Assembly: GCA_038087875.1 (NCBI GenBank)
Contig: JAXLNO010003982.1
Span: forward strand, 1-64,000
Length of the DNA stretch: 64,000 nucleotides
Reading direction: 5' to 3'
Origin: Malacoraja senta
Lineage: Eukaryota
Positions 24,110 through 36,258 of the stretch are shown here, piece by piece; the stretch's first letter is position 1; every line of letters begins with the position of its first letter. A program made the position numbers and the translations under genes. The notes beneath the pieces were generated by a model. It was not told where the DNA came from. It searched no databases and saw nothing but the letters and a program-made list of their open reading frames with translations.

Positions 24110-27100
24110 CTAGTCAGGTTCCTGTGCTGAACCATTCTGACCCTTTAAATAATCAATAAAGGGAGACAATGTTCCAACGAATAATTCCTGTTTGTCCAAC
24201 AGGGAAAATCTGATTATTTCCACGTTTAAGGTCTCCGTCATTTCTATAATCCACATTTTGATTGTGGGGGTTATAGGGCCTTTCCAAAATTTTAGAATTA
24301 ATTTTTTTCCCGTTATTATACTATAATCAATAAAGTTTCTTTGTGTTGTTTTAAATGTTTGATTTAATTCTAATGTTCCGAGTATTATTAATTTTGGATC
24401 CGGGTCCAATTGTGTGCTGGTCACTTTAGATATTATACTGAAAATATTTACCCAGAATTTTTTTATTTTTATACAGTTTGCAAACATATGAGATAAGTTA
24501 GCTTCTAAATGTTGACATTTATCACATATAGGTGAGATATGTTGAAAGATTTTATGTAATTTTGTTTTTGAATAATGTAACCTATGTATTACTTTAAATT
24601 GTATTAATGAATGTCTGGCATTTAATGAACATTGATGTATGTGTTGTAAACTTTCTTCCCAAGTATCTTTCGTTATTATTTGATTTAATTCTTTTTCCCA
24701 TGTTTGTCTGTGTAAGTCCGTCGATGGAATGTCACTGTCTAATAAAATATTATATATATAAGATATTAATTTTTCTGTATTAGGATGTTTATTCCAACAT
24801 TCGTCAAGAATTTCTGAATTTCTAATTCGAAAATTTTGAGTATTCGATTTTACATAATCTCTGAGTTGAAGATATCTGAAAAAATCATTTCCTTGAAGTC
24901 CATAAGTCTGTTGCAACTCCTGAAATGTCAGAAAGGTGCCTTCCTTGTAAAGTTGTCCCATATTTTTAATTCCATAATTCTTCCATTGTGTAAAACCCCT
25001 GTCCAACCATGAGGGCTTAAACAAAGGGTTATTCACAATTGGAAGAAAAAGTGATAAATTATCTAATTTTAATGTCTTTTTTAATTGTTTCCAAATTCGT
25101 ATAGCACTAAATATTATAGGGTTTTCCTACAATTTTTTTTGTTTAATTTAGACGTAGCAAATAATATCGAGCCGATATCAAAAGGTAAACAATCTTCCTT
25201 TTCCATTTTTAACCAATCTAGTTGTTGATCTATTTCTTCCAACCAGAAATTCATATTTTTAATATTAACTGCCCAAAAATAAAACAGAAAGTTGGGTAAA
25301 ACCAAGCCTCCATTTATTTTTGATTTACACAAATGTCTTTTATTTATCCTATGATTCTTATAATCCCAGATAAAATCATTAACAATGGAATCCAATTTTT
25401 TAAAAAAGTTTTTTGACAAATATATCGGAATTGTCTGAAAAAGGTATAATATTTGCGGTAAAAAAATCATTTTTATGGCATTAATTTTGCCAACCATTGA
25501 GATAGGAAGTGTTTTCCAATATTGAATATTCTTATGTAGTTTGTTCAGTAATGGGGGGAAATTTGCTTTAAATAATGATGTATATATCTTAGTTACGTAA
25601 ATGCCTAGGTATTTAAATTTTTCGTTTACTATTTTAAATGGAAATTGTTGTATTATCTGTTTGTTGTGTTCCCTTATTGGCATAATTTCACTTTTATTCC
25701 AATTTATTCTGTATCCTGAGAGTGAACCAAATTGGGTTATTAGCTTTAATAAGTTTGGAATACTAATTTCTGGTTTTGTAATGTAAATTAGTACATCATC
25801 TGCGTATAGAGAAATTGTATTCACTGTGTCCTTTGTGTTATACCCATGTATTTCCGGATGCCCCCTAACTCTTTCTGCGAGTGACTCAATAGCAAGTGCA
25901 AATAATAATGGAGATAACGGGCATCCTTGTCTACAACCTCTAGATAGGCTGAATTTAGATGACAACCTTTGGTTTGTTAATATTCTAGCCGTAGGGTTTG
26001 TATATAACAGTTTTATCCATGTGCAGAATTTCTCCCCTAGCTGCATATTTTCCATCACCGAAAATAAATAAGACCATTCAACCTGATCAAATGCTTTTTC
26101 AGCGTCAAGTGAGATTATTGCTAGATCTTCATTAATAATTCTCTTAGAATAAATAATATTAAATAATCTTCTTAGATTATAATATGAGTACCGTTTCTGA
26201 GTAAAGCCTGTTTGGTCAGGGTGTATTAATTTATTCATCACTGTACTTAATCTATGCGCTAGTATTTTAGTTAATATTTTCTGATCTGTATTTAAAAGTG
26301 CAATTGCTCTATATGATCCCGGATCGTCCGGATCTTTATCAACTTTAGGAATAAGTGTTATTATAGATTCATTTAAAGTATCTGGAAGTTTCTGTTGAGT
26401 ATAGATATGCTCATACAGCCTTTGTAAACGTGGGGAGAGCAAGTCATAATTTTTTTTATAGAATTCAGAGCCTAAACCATCTGGTCCTACTGCTTTACCA
26501 TTTTTTAAAGAGCCAATAGACTCCTCAATATCCTTTATCGTAATCTCCCTTTCTAATAATTCTCTATCGTTTGAATCTAAACCTTTTAAATTACATTTTA
26601 GTAAAAAATCTGCTATTCCTTCTGGTTGTACTACAGTTTTAGTTGAATAAAGATTATGATAGTATTGGAGAAATCTTTCGTTTATATCCTTGGGCATTTT
26701 TAATAATTCTCCTGTCTCTGTTCTAATTTTATGAATTATTTTTTCCCCTTCCATTTTTCGTAACTGATGTGCTAATAGTTTTTGTGGTTTGTCTCCAAAC
26801 TCAAAATGTAATTGTTTGTTTTTTGATAAAGTTTTATTACTTGTTCTGAATACATTTTGTTTAATTTATATTTCAATACAGCAATTTTATTATGTTTTAA
26901 AATAGATGGCATTCTCGCATTTTCTATATCTTGTTGCTTGATTTCCCTTTCCAATGTTTGTTGTTTAATCTTGTTCTCTTTATTATAAAATACTTGAGCA
27001 GAAATTAATGCACCTCGAACAAACGCTTTAAACGTTTCCCACATAAGAGAAGTAGGTGTGTCAGGGTTGTCATATACCACAAAAAATATTTGAATCTGTT

Positions 27101-28000
27101 TAGTAAGATATTCTTCGCATGATCTTTCGTTCAAAATTTGTGGGTTAAATCTCCAATATGTTTGTTTCTCGGACATTCCATTTAATTTAATCATGAATGT
27201 TACAGGTGCGTGATCTGAGATTATAATATTATGGTGTTTTGAGTTGTAAGTAAATGGGATAAACGTGGAGTCAACTAAAAAATAATCTATTCTTGAGTAT
27301 GTTTTATGTACTGGTGAGTAAAATGAATATTCCCGTCCAGTTGGATTTTCAATTCTCCAGACATCCTTAATATTAGTGGTATTAATAAATGAATTTAAAA
27401 ATACACTTGATTGAGATTTTACTTTTTTTTGCCTTGATGATCTATCTAAGTATGAATCTAATGTGCAATTGAAGTCTCCTCCAATTATTAATTTATATTG
27501 TGTAAATTCAGGAATTATATTAAATGTTTTATTAAAAAACATAGGGTTATCAAAATTAGGCCCATATACATTAAGAAGAATCACTTTCTCTCCATTTAAC
27601 TCTCCAACTAATATAATATATCTACCATCAATATCCGCTATTGTTGATGAATTCGTAAAAGGTATTCCTTTACGAATTAATATTGCAACTCCTCTGGACT
27701 TATGGGAAAAAGAGGAATGATATGATTCAGCGATCCACTTAGCTTTAAGTCTATGTTGAGATTCCTTTTTAAGGTGTGTTTCTTGAAGGAATATTATATC
27801 TGTTTTGATTGAATTTAGATGTGCCAAAACTTTACCTCTCTTAATTGGTTCATTGATTCCCTTAACATTCCAACTACAAAATGTTATTCCCTGACCCCCT
27901 CTTGTCATATTAACATCTTGCATATTGTTTCTAAGGTGGTCTATAACCGAGCAGAAGGTGCAACACATAAAACCTGACCCTGCTCCCGAACCTCGAATAG
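24110..28000 (-). pseudogene. L1-B ORF2 (APE, RT and C-terminal Cys-rich domains) in three frameshifted pieces
   Basis: 26772-28070 has SWNVKG, LQETH, GGDFN and SDHAP. 25114-26754 has RGCRQGCPLSP and LYADD. 24110-25036 has CDKC...HMFANC. Confidence 0.93.
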
Positions 28001-28302
28001 ATGAATTTAAAATCATATACATCGCTCTTCCGAACACATCTCCTTGAATTAGTCTTGTTGTTCCATTCAAACATTAAGTTATAAAAATATTTAAAGTGAA
28101 AAAAGTGATAGAATTGGTTAGTATAGGGTGAAAGAAAAAAAACTACATCTACAATTAGTGTAGTTAGTGATAGCCACACTAACGTGGCTAGAATTCTAAA
28201 GACTTCCGTAGCCTTTGTAAAAAAAAAATTCCCAGCTCCGTGCCCGAAAAAAAAAAGAAAGAATATTTCTGACAATCAATTAACTTCTTTGGGAGTAGCA
28301 AA

Positions 28303-28521
28303 NNNNNNNNNNNNNNNNNNNNNNNNNNNNNNNNNNNNNNNNNNNNNNNNNNNNNNNNNNNNNNNNNNNNNNNNNNNNNNNNNNNNNNNNNNNNNNNNNN
28401 NNNNNNNNNNNNNNNNNNNNNNNNNNNNNNNNNNNNNNNNNNNNNNNNNNNNNNNNNNNNNNNNNNNNNNNNNNNNNNNNNNNNNNNNNNNNNNNNNNNN
28501 NNNNNNNNNNNNNNNNNNNNN
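28303..28521. other. Assembly gap
   Basis: Run of N inside the L1-B inter-ORF spacer. Confidence 1.
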
Positions 28522-29116
28522 GCACATATCCCTGCAGAAAAGTCCGAAAACAACATAAATTCACAACGTTATTATTCTGTACATACCATATTAATATCTT
28601 CGCTAAATCTATAAATTTAATTTTAAATTGAAAAATAAAGAGAAAAACCGTCAAACCTTATTATGACGTAGGCTGAATTACCTCTTGCACATCTTCCTGT
28701 AGAATATAAGTATGTAACTCATTTCTACGTTAACCAGAGATTGTTAGTTATTAATCATTGTTATCGATCATACCCAGTATTAAATTTTTATGAGTAATAT
28801 AAATGTTAATAATTTTAGTAGTAATATAGATATTTAATAAGTATTAGCAGTTACATATATAGTTAGATATGAATATACTAAATAGTAATAGTGATTAATA
28901 ACAATTGGTCACAACTATGATATTATTGTTCTTAAAGTTTATACTAAAAATAAAAAAAGATTTAAAAAAAACAAAAAAAAAACACGGTTTTCTCCAATGT
29001 CCACCGTCCATTTCGGTTTTCGAATGTCCTTAAAGCTCTTAAAAGAACTTTAAAGGTCCTTTTAAATCTGGTGAAGTCCCGTTAATCCTTGACTCCTGAG
29101 GAGTAATGTAAATTCT

Positions 29117-30175
29117 TCAGTCTGTGGTCACGTTCCCGATTTCTTTGGCATATTCCAGTGCTTTTTCATGGTCTGTAAAAAATTGCTCCTTCTGCTTGTA
29201 GGTGACTCTTAGTCTTGCGGGGTAAAGCAAGCCGTATCTCAAATCAGGTACATTCTTCAGTATTCTTTTTGTCTCAGTGAACAGTGCTCTTTTCTTGAAG
29301 ACCTCTGCCGGATAATCTCGGTAAATACTGAACCTCGCACCTTCAAAATAGAGCTGTCCGCTTCGGACGATTTTCTTCATTATCTCGTCAAATTCATGAT
29401 CAAGTTGCACCTTTACTATAATTTGTCTTGGATGGGCATCATCTTGTGTACGACGCCCCTGCGCTCTATGTGCTCGACCGAGTGAAGGTTTTTGATCCAA
29501 TTTTAAGGCTTTTTGTAGTAGGTCTGCCACAAAATCCCGAGGGCCCATTTCCCTCTCACTTCCTTCTTTCACCCCTACAATTCTTAAATTCTTGCGTCTT
29601 TGACGCCCCTCCAAATCGGTACACTTATCACTTAATTTGATCACCATACCGGAGAGGCGTTGGTTTTCAATAAGGAGTCGATTTACAGTTTCCTCACTTG
29701 TCGCTGCCCATTTCTCAAGTTCGGTTATCGCTGTTCTATGTTGATCAAGTGCTTGATGAATGGGGACCACCTCCATATTAGCGTTCGATTCCACCGAAAC
29801 GAACCTGGCTTCCAGCACTTCCATCTGTTCCTTGACCTCATCGTCCCTCGACCTCTTCCAGACTTCCAGTATTTCTTGAACGGTAGAAAGCATTTCTGCT
29901 TTAAAATCTACCTTAAAAGAGTTAAGTTCCTCTTTAAAATTCAATTTTCCTTGAAAGGTTTTCAACTGTAGTTGAATCTGTTTAATTTCAACAGCGAGAA
30001 AAGTTTTAAGAACTTCAATTTCAGACTTTTTCTGCTTTGATTTCTTCGTTGGGTCTTCCTGGGCCGTCATTGTACCTGAGGCCGAGGCCTCTGTTAGGCC
30101 TACCTCTTCCATCGGTGGTTTCCCTTTAACGGGTTTTTTTGGCACACGGGGGGGGGGGGTATGTTGCGTCGACAT
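29117..30175 (-). CDS. L1-B ORF1p (352 aa, intact)
   Basis: Coiled-coil region followed by DLEGRQRRKNLRIVGVKEG, RAHR, PRQIIVK, IYRDYP and LLYPARLRV (L1 ORF1 RRM/CTD). Confidence 0.93.
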   Translation of the reverse strand: MSTQHTPPPRVPKKPVKGKPPMEEVGLTEASASGTMTAQEDPTKKSKQKKSEIEVLKTFLAVEIKQIQLQLKTFQGKLNFKEELNSFKVDFKAEMLSTVQEILEVWKRSRDDEVKEQMEVLEARFVSVESNANMEVVPIHQALDQHRTAITELEKWAATSEETVNRLLIENQRLSGMVIKLSDKCTDLEGRQRRKNLRIVGVKEGSEREMGPRDFVADLLQKALKLDQKPSLGRAHRAQGRRTQDDAHPRQIIVKVQLDHEFDEIMKKIVRSGQLYFEGARFSIYRDYPAEVFKKRALFTETKRILKNVPDLRYGLLYPARLRVTYKQKEQFFTDHEKALEYAKEIGNVTTD

Positions 30176-30197
30176 ACCGTCAAAGTCGCGCGCCTGA

Positions 30198-30205
30198 TGA
30201 CGTCA
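30198..30205. promoter_or_regulatory. CRE palindrome TGACGTCA in the CpG-rich L1-B 5' UTR (putative internal promoter)
   Basis: Motif is present in a CpG-retaining 150-bp 5' UTR. Function is inferred. Confidence 0.35.
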
Positions 30206-30345
30206 CGCGGCAGGCAGCCGTTCAGATCGCGATCGCTGCAGGTAAGACCCGATTTTCTCCCGTTTTCAGATTCTTCGGCACGGAGCTAGTTGGTACTGGA
30301 CTCAAGCCTCCATAGCGCCACCGGAAGTCAAGTTAGCTCGTTTTT

Positions 30346-31094
30346 ATGGTCATATAAATCCTACCTGTGACAGATGTAACTCTGAAGTGGCATCACTGAC
30401 CCATATGTTTTGGTCCTGCCCTCTTTTGGAAAAATATTGGAAATAAATTTTTGATACTATTTCGGTAGTCTTAGGTATAGATTTACAACCTCATCCTATT
30501 ACTGCAATTTTTGGGTTACCAATGTTAGATTCTATTCATTTGTCCCACTCCGCCCATCGGTTGATTGCTTTTACCACATTAATTGCCAGAAGATTTATTT
30601 TCATTAAATGGAAAGATTCCAACCCTCCGACCACACTCCAGTGGTATTCTGAAACGATATCATGTTTAAATTTAGAAAAAATCAGAAGTGACATTGTTGA
30701 ACCCTTGATTCAATTTGATAAGACTTGGGGAAAATTTATTGAACACTTTCATACAACATAAATTGTTCCCTCTTTAACCTTTATAAAAATTATTTTACCT
30801 TCATAGGGTGGAACGGACTTGACGACAAACAGACGTAAATTGTTGAATTTCTCAGTTCAGATTTGGTTTTGCTCTGTTTTGTTTTATTTATTTATTTTAT
30901 TTTTATTCTTATTTTATTATTATCCAATTTTTTTTATTTTTTTTTAGTTTAGGGGGGTTTTGTTTTTTCTTTTTCTTTTTGTCTTTTTATCTTTGCTTTT
31001 TTTTTACATTTATGTTTCCTTTTAAAGATTTAACTATATTTACATAGAGATGGAGAGGTCTATATTCATTGTGTATTTTGACACTGGTCTCATA
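30346..31094 (+). mobile_element. L1-A continuation (ORF2 C-terminus and 3' UTR)
   Basis: Resumes after the TSD. Encodes CDRC...HMFWSC and IARRFIFIKWK...W.KFIEHF. Confidence 0.88.
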
Positions 31095-34000
31095 TTTTAC
31101 TTCGGAATCACGTGAGTGACTATGTGAAGAACCCCGCCAGTGCGCCTGCGCGTCATTACGTCATACGCCTTGTCGCAAACGGACGTGAGGAGCAGAGCTC
31201 CTCAGTGGATTTGTAGTTTTTTAACTACAAGGTAAGTAAAAACTTTTTTAGTATTTTTTCATGTCCGTTTACTGTGGGTCTGTGGGGATTTCTTCCACAG
31301 ATGCCATGGGAAAAAACGGGCAGGGGGAAGAGGCGAGCGACACAGCCGACAGAAAGTCGGGAAAGTCGGGAGTCTGCGGGTAGCGACCAACCGCCTCTAA
31401 CCCCGGTACAGTCGTCAGCGGTGAGCATAGCGACTGTGGACCTGGGGCAGTCAACGCCTGTCGGGCGCAAGGCCAAGTCCGAATTGAAACGGGCCACGGA
31501 GGAGGAGTCCCAGGAAATGGAAGCTCCAGGGCTAGATACTGCTTTTAAAGCGTATTGCCCAAATGGAAAGCCTGCTACATAGGCTGTTGGAGCAAAGCAC
31601 ACTCAGGTAAGAGTGTACTGAAAACCAAGCTGCTGGAAGCAGCTCAACAGCTCCTGGTTCAGGGCTGATAGAATGCACCCTCAGGGATGAGGAGCGTGCC
31701 ACGGGTCATGAGATTTCAGACCCTGATTCTGACGGTGAGGCTCTATGTGATTTGTCACAGTAGCCGTGATGTACGTGATGTACAGATGTTCCACCCCTGG
31801 CAGTATGATTCGCTGCCCCGTCAGAGTCAGGAGAGCCATTAGAAGAGAATTGGCCTCCCTAATAAATTACTTGGTTTCCCATCAGCTGGAACAGCAGGAA
31901 ATGAATGAGAATGCAAGAAAATATGAGTTGAGTATGATTATGAGAACTCAAGAATTGAAATGGCAGAGAATATTAAAGCTGCTGGAATAACTGCTTTGCC
32001 AGAATAGCGGATAAAAGCCAAGAGATGACGGAGTTGCATCAGAAAGCACTGGGGTTGCTATGCAGCACCCACTTCGAGATCAATTGTCCGAGGAAAGGTG
32101 CTATACGGCCTATTATGAATCCGAAATTCGCAGCACTCTGCAAACCAAGTAATGTACAATTACCCAACTTACTCTTTGGAGAGGATCTCGAGAGATGTGT
32201 TAAAGAGTTGGAAGATGAAGCGAAAACAGGATTGATGAAAACATCAATGGTTGAAAAGTCTGTAAAGCGGAATATCCTTTCAGATGTCATACGGATCCTG
32301 GACAGGACCAAGTCGCACATTAACGCAGGGACGTAGCTGGCGGCCTGCAGCGGGAGCAAGAACCAGTGAGGGTGCTTCCGGGAGAATCCAGGAATCTCAG
32401 AGTACTCAAATGACTCAAGAGGTAGGTGGACCTGGTTCTCATGGGAACATACTAACTGGATTAAGTCCAAAAGTTGGCGGCAGATTATGTCTCTTCTATA
32501 AACAATTGGAAGATTACTTCAGATGTGGTAATTCTGAATAGTATACAAGGATTTCGAATTGAATTCAATCCAAATTATGATTTGCCTGTCCAGCATGTTC
32601 CTAGCAGAATTCTCCACTTCTTCGGCATGGACTTGAAAGGCCGAGATGGCCTGTTTTCCTGCTGTAATTGTCATATGGTTTGCACAAAAAGAAGTGATGG
32701 AGGTTCAAGCTGCGTTTCAAACCCTATATATAAAATGTGTTATTGAAGAATCAGTCTACCAAATTCACCAATTTGTGTTAAATATATTCCATCGATCAAA
32801 AAAGGATTGAGGATGTGGGATTATTCTAGACTTGACAAGTCTGAATCCTTTTGTTTAATTTAAACATTTTAAAAGAGATATTTGTGACTGCCAAACAACT
32901 TATTTCAGAAGCATGTCATAAGGCAACTATAGATTTAAAAGATACATATTCAGTATCTTAAATTTACATGGATGAACCAGTTATGGCAGTTCAAAGCTTT
33001 GCCTAATCGGTTAACGTCCGCTCCCAGAATATTCACAAAATTATTAAAACCAGTTCTGGGGTTGCTAAGAAGCCAGGGGCATGTACTAGTGGCATATTTT
33101 GGATGATGTGCTGATAATAGGAAGGACAAAACAGTCAACAGAAGCATCTGTGGCAGTTGTGAAATCAACTTTTGAAAGTTTGGGGTTTCTAATTCATCCA
33201 AAGGAATCAAGGTTAACACCATGTACCTCGATTGATTATTTGGGGTTCACAATTGATTCAGTCCAAATGAAAATTACTTTGCCCAGTGAAAAAAGGGTGG
33301 AGTTGATTAAAGATTGCAGTAATCTGGTAAACGAGCAAAACCCCTCAATCAGACAGGTGGCTTGAGTACTGGGAAAATTAGTAGCAGCATTCCCAGCAGT
33401 CCAATTCGGACCATTACATTATCAACAGCTGCAGAGAGTTAAAGAACAGGCACTGAGAATGCATGTTGGTCATTTTGATAGAACCATGCAACTGACAACA
33501 AATGCTGTTTCTGATCTGCAGTGGTGGATTCTACATGTCTCAAGCAGTTCCAGCAGAGTGCTGATTGAACAAACCTTCCATGATATTACAAACAGATGCC
33601 AGTACACTAGGATGGGGTGAAACTGACTTAGCATCTAGCTGCGGAGGCAGATGGAATCAGGAAGAGTCATTGTTACTGCAGACATGGGGAGTTAACTATT
33701 TGGAGTTTTAGGATGTTTCTATGGACTCCAAGGTTATTGTTCTAACACAACTAAAAGGCATGTCCAAGTTCAGATTGATAAACACAACAGCAATTGCCTA
33801 TATTAATGATATGGATGAAATCAAGTCAGGGTCATGTGACAAAATGGCTAATCAACTTTGGACTGGGTGTATTGAAAAGAATATTTGGATTTCAGCTATC
33901 TATCTACCAGGTAGAATGAACACGATAGCAGACACCAGGTCACGAAAGTTCCATGATAATAAGAATGGATGTTGAATCGAGAGGTATTCAATGATATAGT

Positions 34001-36112
34001 AATCAGATTTGGAATGCCCAACATTGACTTGTTTATATCTAGGCTGAATCATCAGCTATCGAGATATGTCTCATGTGAATCAGATCCAGGAGCAGTGGCG
34101 ATTGATTCTTTCTCGCTACATTGGAGTGATATGTTGTCATATATATTTCCACTTTTCTGCCTTATAAGCCAGTGTTTGCTTAAAGTCAGGCAAGATGCTG
34201 ATTCAGGTGTATTGGTAATACCAGATTGGCCTACACAGCCATGGTATCTGTTCATATTAGAATTAACAACACAAATGTTGATGAAAGTCCCCAAAAGGAG
34301 TAATTTATTGCTGCACCCTGTAACAGGGAAACAACATCCATTATATCGACCACCCCGGGCCGCGGTGTTTGAGCCGCGGGAAACATCGCCCGGGGGGTAT
34401 TGCCTCAGCGCAGAGGGAGAAGAGGAGGGAAGAGACTGCAGACCTAAGACTTTTGCCTCCATCACAGTGAGGAGATGTTGGGTGGACTCACTGTGGTGGA
34501 TGTTAATATGTGTTTATTGTTGTTTTATGTATGACTGTTGCAATTTCGTTCAGACTTCGGTCTGAATGACAATAAAGGGCTATCTAATCTAATCTATCTA
34601 ATCTAATGATTGTTTGGATTTGTTGATTTGCAGGTTTAAGAAGGCCTTTTCTGGGGCGAGGACTGTCTGAGCGTACTGTGGACATGCTTACGGCAGCCTG
34701 GAGGAAGAGCACTCCAAAAACAGTACCTTTCTTATATTAAGAAATGGGAAAAGTTCTGTGTACAAAAGAATTTGCAATATAGTACTGCAGATATTTCAAA
34801 TGTTTAGAAAATCTGTCAAAACTCTATTATGATGAAGGTCTGAGTTGTAGTGCAATTAATTCAGCCATAAGTGCATTGCCCTCATATTTGGTTCTGGATT
34901 CAGAAATAAACCCAATTGGGTCACACCCAATTCTTTCCAGACTAATGAAAGGAATCTTTAATTCCAAACCACCGAAACCTAGGTACATGACAATCTGGGA
35001 TGTAAGTGTGGTACTGAAACTACTTCGTGAATGGTCACCAAGTGTGTCTTTACCTTTGGTCAAGCTCAGGATGAAAGTATTCATGCTTATGGCATGAGTG
35101 ACTGCACAACGAGTGCAAACACTTAGAAAATTACAAATAGACAGTATGGAAGTAACTGAAGACAAGGTTACATTCTATATCTATGACCTATTAAAGCAAA
35201 TTAGGCCAGGTGTGACAGGATTTAAAATTATGCTAGCAGCATATCCAAATGATCCTTGTCTCTGTGTTAAGACATATTTGTGACAATGCATTGAGGTCAC
35301 AAAGCATTTAAGAAATACGGAAACTGGGTTGTTAATCACACACAAGAAACCACACAAGAGAGTTTCAATACAGACTATTTCCTGATGGATAAAAGAAGTC
35401 ATAACAGCTGCTGATATTAACACTTATGTTTTTACGTCTCACTCGACTAGGGCAGCAGAAATGTCGGCGGCCAGGGCATAAGACGTCCCCGTCGACCATA
35501 TCCTCGCAGCCGCCAGATGGTCCAATGAGTTGATGTTTCAACAATTTTACCATCGGCCTATTGTTAATGCGGGATTGTGTGCAGAAACTATTTTAAGTTC
35601 TGTGTAAATTCCTCTGGTTTAAAGGGGATCTGATTAATTTCATTATTGAAATGAATGACTGCATTTGTGGTACAAATGTTATTATGAATGCATGATTGAT
35701 TATTCTCGTTCCGAGTCAATCTATGCAGTGAGAAGCCGGGATTGATCTACGGCATGAAATCACAAAGCTTTAAAATCTTCACGTAGTAACTCACGTGACT
35801 CCGAAGTAAAATAGTAAGATTAAACGAGAACTTACCTAAGTTTGAAGTTTGATCTTTATTTTATGAGGAGTTACGTAGGTGATTACGTGCCCGCCATGAC
35901 CCTACCCTCTATCATAAAGGTCAGATTGAAGTTCTTGTATTACTCGTTTTATTATGAGACTATATTACTTCGGTTGTTGTTTTTTGTGATTTCACACCGC
36001 TGCTTTGAAGATTGGCGCACTGGCGGGGTTCTTCACGTAATCACCTACGTAACTCCTCATAAAATAAAGATCAAACTTCAAACTTAGGTAAGTTCTCGTT
36101 TAATCTTACTAT
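31095..36112 (+). mobile_element. Full-length DIRS1-like element (copy 2, more degenerate, different subfamily)
   Basis: Same terminal architecture (TTTTACTTCGGA..., ICR about 35775-35890, ...TTTAATCTTACTAT). RT remnants at 32750-33365, MT 33969-34346, YR 34640-35590. Confidence 0.93.
34347..34605 (+). mobile_element. 5'-truncated GC-rich retroposon inserted in DIRS copy 2
   Basis: Has the TTGCCTCCATCACAGTGAGGA motif, AATAAA and a (CTAAT)n tail. It interrupts the HPLY..LLICR segment that is contiguous in DIRS copy 1. Confidence 0.75.
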
Positions 36113-36258
36113 TAGTTTATACCTGTTATTAATGTAATCATGATCCCTATGTATCAATACCATTGTTATGTTTATCATTATTCTTTTTGCTCTGTTTTTT
36201 ATGTTTTATTTTTGTTTTTGTTTTTTTGAAAAAAAACAATAAAAAGATTTTAAAAGAA
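36113..36258 (+). mobile_element. L1-A 3' UTR end and A-rich tail
   Basis: T-rich UTR followed by AAAAAAAACAATAAAAAG. Interpreted as the continuation of 30770-31094 across the DIRS insertion. Confidence 0.6.

Larger units (their letters stand above)
23764..30329 (-). mobile_element. Young full-length L1 (L1-B) inserted antisense into ORF2 of L1-A
   Basis: 5' end GACTTCCGGTGGCGC at 30329, poly(A) at about 23760, 16-bp TSD AAGTTAGCTCGTTTTT (23748-23763 and 30330-30345), target site TTTTT/A. Confidence 0.95.
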
